From Paramoeba atlantica (lineage: Eukaryota > Protista > Discosea): DNA of 64,000 nucleotides. The stretch lies in NCBI GenBank assembly GCA_977017575.1, contig CDRNVI010000045.1, positions 1-64,000 on the forward strand. Direction: 5' to 3'. The notes under the pieces are model-generated. The model worked only from the letters and a program-made list of their open reading frames with translations. It had not been told where the DNA came from and did no database searches. Position numbers and translations under genes: made by a program. This document shows positions 62,557-64,000 of the stretch, piece after piece (the first letter of the stretch is position 1; every line of letters starts with the position of its first letter).

Positions 62557-62885
62557 GGGGGGAGGGGGGAAAGATGGTGTGAATGTGGGGATAAAAGGTT
62601 GAAAATGGGATTTTTTTTTTGTTTTTTAATTTTTTGTTTTAAAAAACGACGTAAAATGGGGAATAGGTTGAAGAGGGTCATGAGAGAAAAGAAATTTGGA
62701 TACACAGCTTTGCCTCTGGTTGGTTAGAGGTGTAGAAAAAGAGAGTTGTTTGTGATTTATTTACAAAAGTTCATGATAAAGAGTTAGAATACACAATGGG
62801 TTGCAGCGTGGCAAACACGGTAACGGAGTGTTTTAGGAACGATTGTGTCAGGAGAAATTCAAAGAAACCGCGAGGAAGATCCATT

Positions 62886-63488
62886 CTATACGATTTCGAC
62901 CTTTGCTTGGTGCTTCTCGAATAATCCTTTCAATTTCTCTGCCTCCTCTTTGCCTAATTTCTTCGCCACAATCCCAGACTTTTCAATGGTTTGCTTCGCA
63001 TCCATCAGTCCGAGCTGCGTTACGGAGCGCAGTTCCTTGATAAGCTGTACCTTACTGGTGGGAGGATAGGAAACCAACTTTACGTCAAAGGAGGTCTGCT
63101 CCTTCTTCGGGGCCTCTTCAGCCGGTTCCGCTTCCTGGGTCGGTTTGGCAGCCGGAGCCGCTGCGGCGGCCGCCATGACCACCGGAGTACCTCCTCCCCC
63201 GCCCATGGACTGCAAAAGTGCCTTCTCGTAAAACTCTGGAGTATAACCCAATTCAACAAAAATTTGACGTTGCAGGGAAGTGAATTCTTTTAAAGAGAGC
63301 TTTGAGTAAGTCTGTGCAAGCTCGACAATTTTCGGTGACGGGAGTTCCGCGTTCTTCGGGGAGGGTGCCGATGAGGGGGAAGCAGTACAGGTACAGTAGT
63401 GTCGGTGAGGTACACGATAGTCGAAAATGGAAAAAGAAGGGCGATGGAATACGCGTTGCCTCCGATCCAGTTTCCGAAAAGGATACAT
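62886..63488 (-). CDS. MRPL12: Mitochondrial ribosomal protein L7/L12
   Basis: Ala-rich hinge, EQTSFDVKL...KVQLIKELRSVTQLGLMDAK..IEK...KEEAEKLK..FEKHQAKVEIV. Confidence 0.88.
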   Translation of the reverse strand: MYPFRKLDRRQRVFHRPSFSIFDYRVPHRHYCTCTASPSSAPSPKNAELPSPKIVELAQTYSKLSLKEFTSLQRQIFVELGYTPEFYEKALLQSMGGGGGTPVVMAAAAAAPAAKPTQEAEPAEEAPKKEQTSFDVKLVSYPPTSKVQLIKELRSVTQLGLMDAKQTIEKSGIVAKKLGKEEAEKLKGLFEKHQAKVEIV

Positions 63489-63721
63489 TTGATGAGCAAA
63501 AGTAACTTTAATTTAGTTAAACTTTGATTATGAAAGTTTATAAACGTAGGAAAACTACAGTAGACGATACGACTACTACAGTAACATAAATAAACAAAAT
63601 TTTGCCCATGCAAGCTTGGGGAATGCAAGTAATATCAGAACAAAGTATGGCGCGAATTGAGTGAAACAGTTGGTGATCATTTTACGCAGAGAAGTGGGAA
63701 GACATGAGTGAGATGTCATAC

Positions 63722-64000
63722 AGATGCAGTTTCTGTACCTTGGTACAGACTTGCTAGCCCTTCTTTTCTTATGCTAGAAACAGGCATACATTTTCTCTTT
63801 CATGCCCGTTTCCCGTTCACGGCTAGCGGGAACTGTCCCTCTTTGTCGTGGAAGTAGGGGACGTATTTTTGACTCTTCATCCGTCCCCAGCTCACTCCTT
63901 GAGTGAGTTTTCTTCCCTTCCCGACCCTCTGTGTCTCGCGCTTTCCGGGGAGCCATGCACCATGATGGCCTCCCCGGAAGAACACTGGGCGTCGTTTTGT
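63722..64000 (+). mobile_element. Non-autonomous SL-capped retroelement D (C family); runs off the window
   Basis: AGATGCAGTTTCTGTACCTTG followed by continuous homology to C (agcccttc, atgcccgtttcc, gaactgtccctctttgtcg.ggaagtaggggacg, gagtgag, atggcctccc, cactgggcgt). Confidence 0.8.

Noticed and set aside
63722-63760. SL RNA gene (CCTTG|GTACAG looks like an exon/intron donor)
   Set aside because: There is no AACTAA-like exon start and no tandem array. The GTACAG is an inverted copy of the preceding CTGTAC, and the downstream sequence is collinear with element C, so this is a SINE head.

Overview
Eukaryotic, intron-free window. All recognisable host genes lie on the minus strand: LETM1-like (missed by the ORF track), FAD-dependent glycerol-3-phosphate dehydrogenase, NADH-cytochrome b5 reductase, RPB10, Nup35/53-like, OsmC-like, class I aldolase, a TLC-domain protein and mitochondrial L7/L12. 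With kinetoplastid-type spliced-leader (SL) sequence also present, this points to a kinetoplastid polycistronic cluster, plausibly a Perkinsela-like prokinetoplastid (inference). The genes are interspersed with about 9 members of an expanded LRR family, Tc1/mariner remnants, at least 6 small TIR/MITE families, a 5'-truncated CRE-like retrotransposon with a 14-bp TSD and a decayed LINE RT. The main result is a retroelement system at 31.7-44.8 kb. Two near-intact HERO/NeSL-like RT+REL elements (A 33476-38203, B 38406-43997) and a 607-bp non-coding element (C 31936-32542) each begin with the 3' part of an SL exon (..GATACAGTTTCTGTACCTTGTTG). Each sits in the LxxLxLxxN-coding segment of an LRR gene with a 1-3 nt deletion and no TSD, and the two autonomous empty sites mimic the SL core. 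A and B encode nine Mer3/HFM1-like CxHxCxxKxxCxHxCCK fingers. A CG-TYRTATG-CG hairpin with a covarying third base pair recurs in the autonomous, decayed and non-autonomous relatives (8 sites). All family assignments come from motif recognition; no database searches were run.
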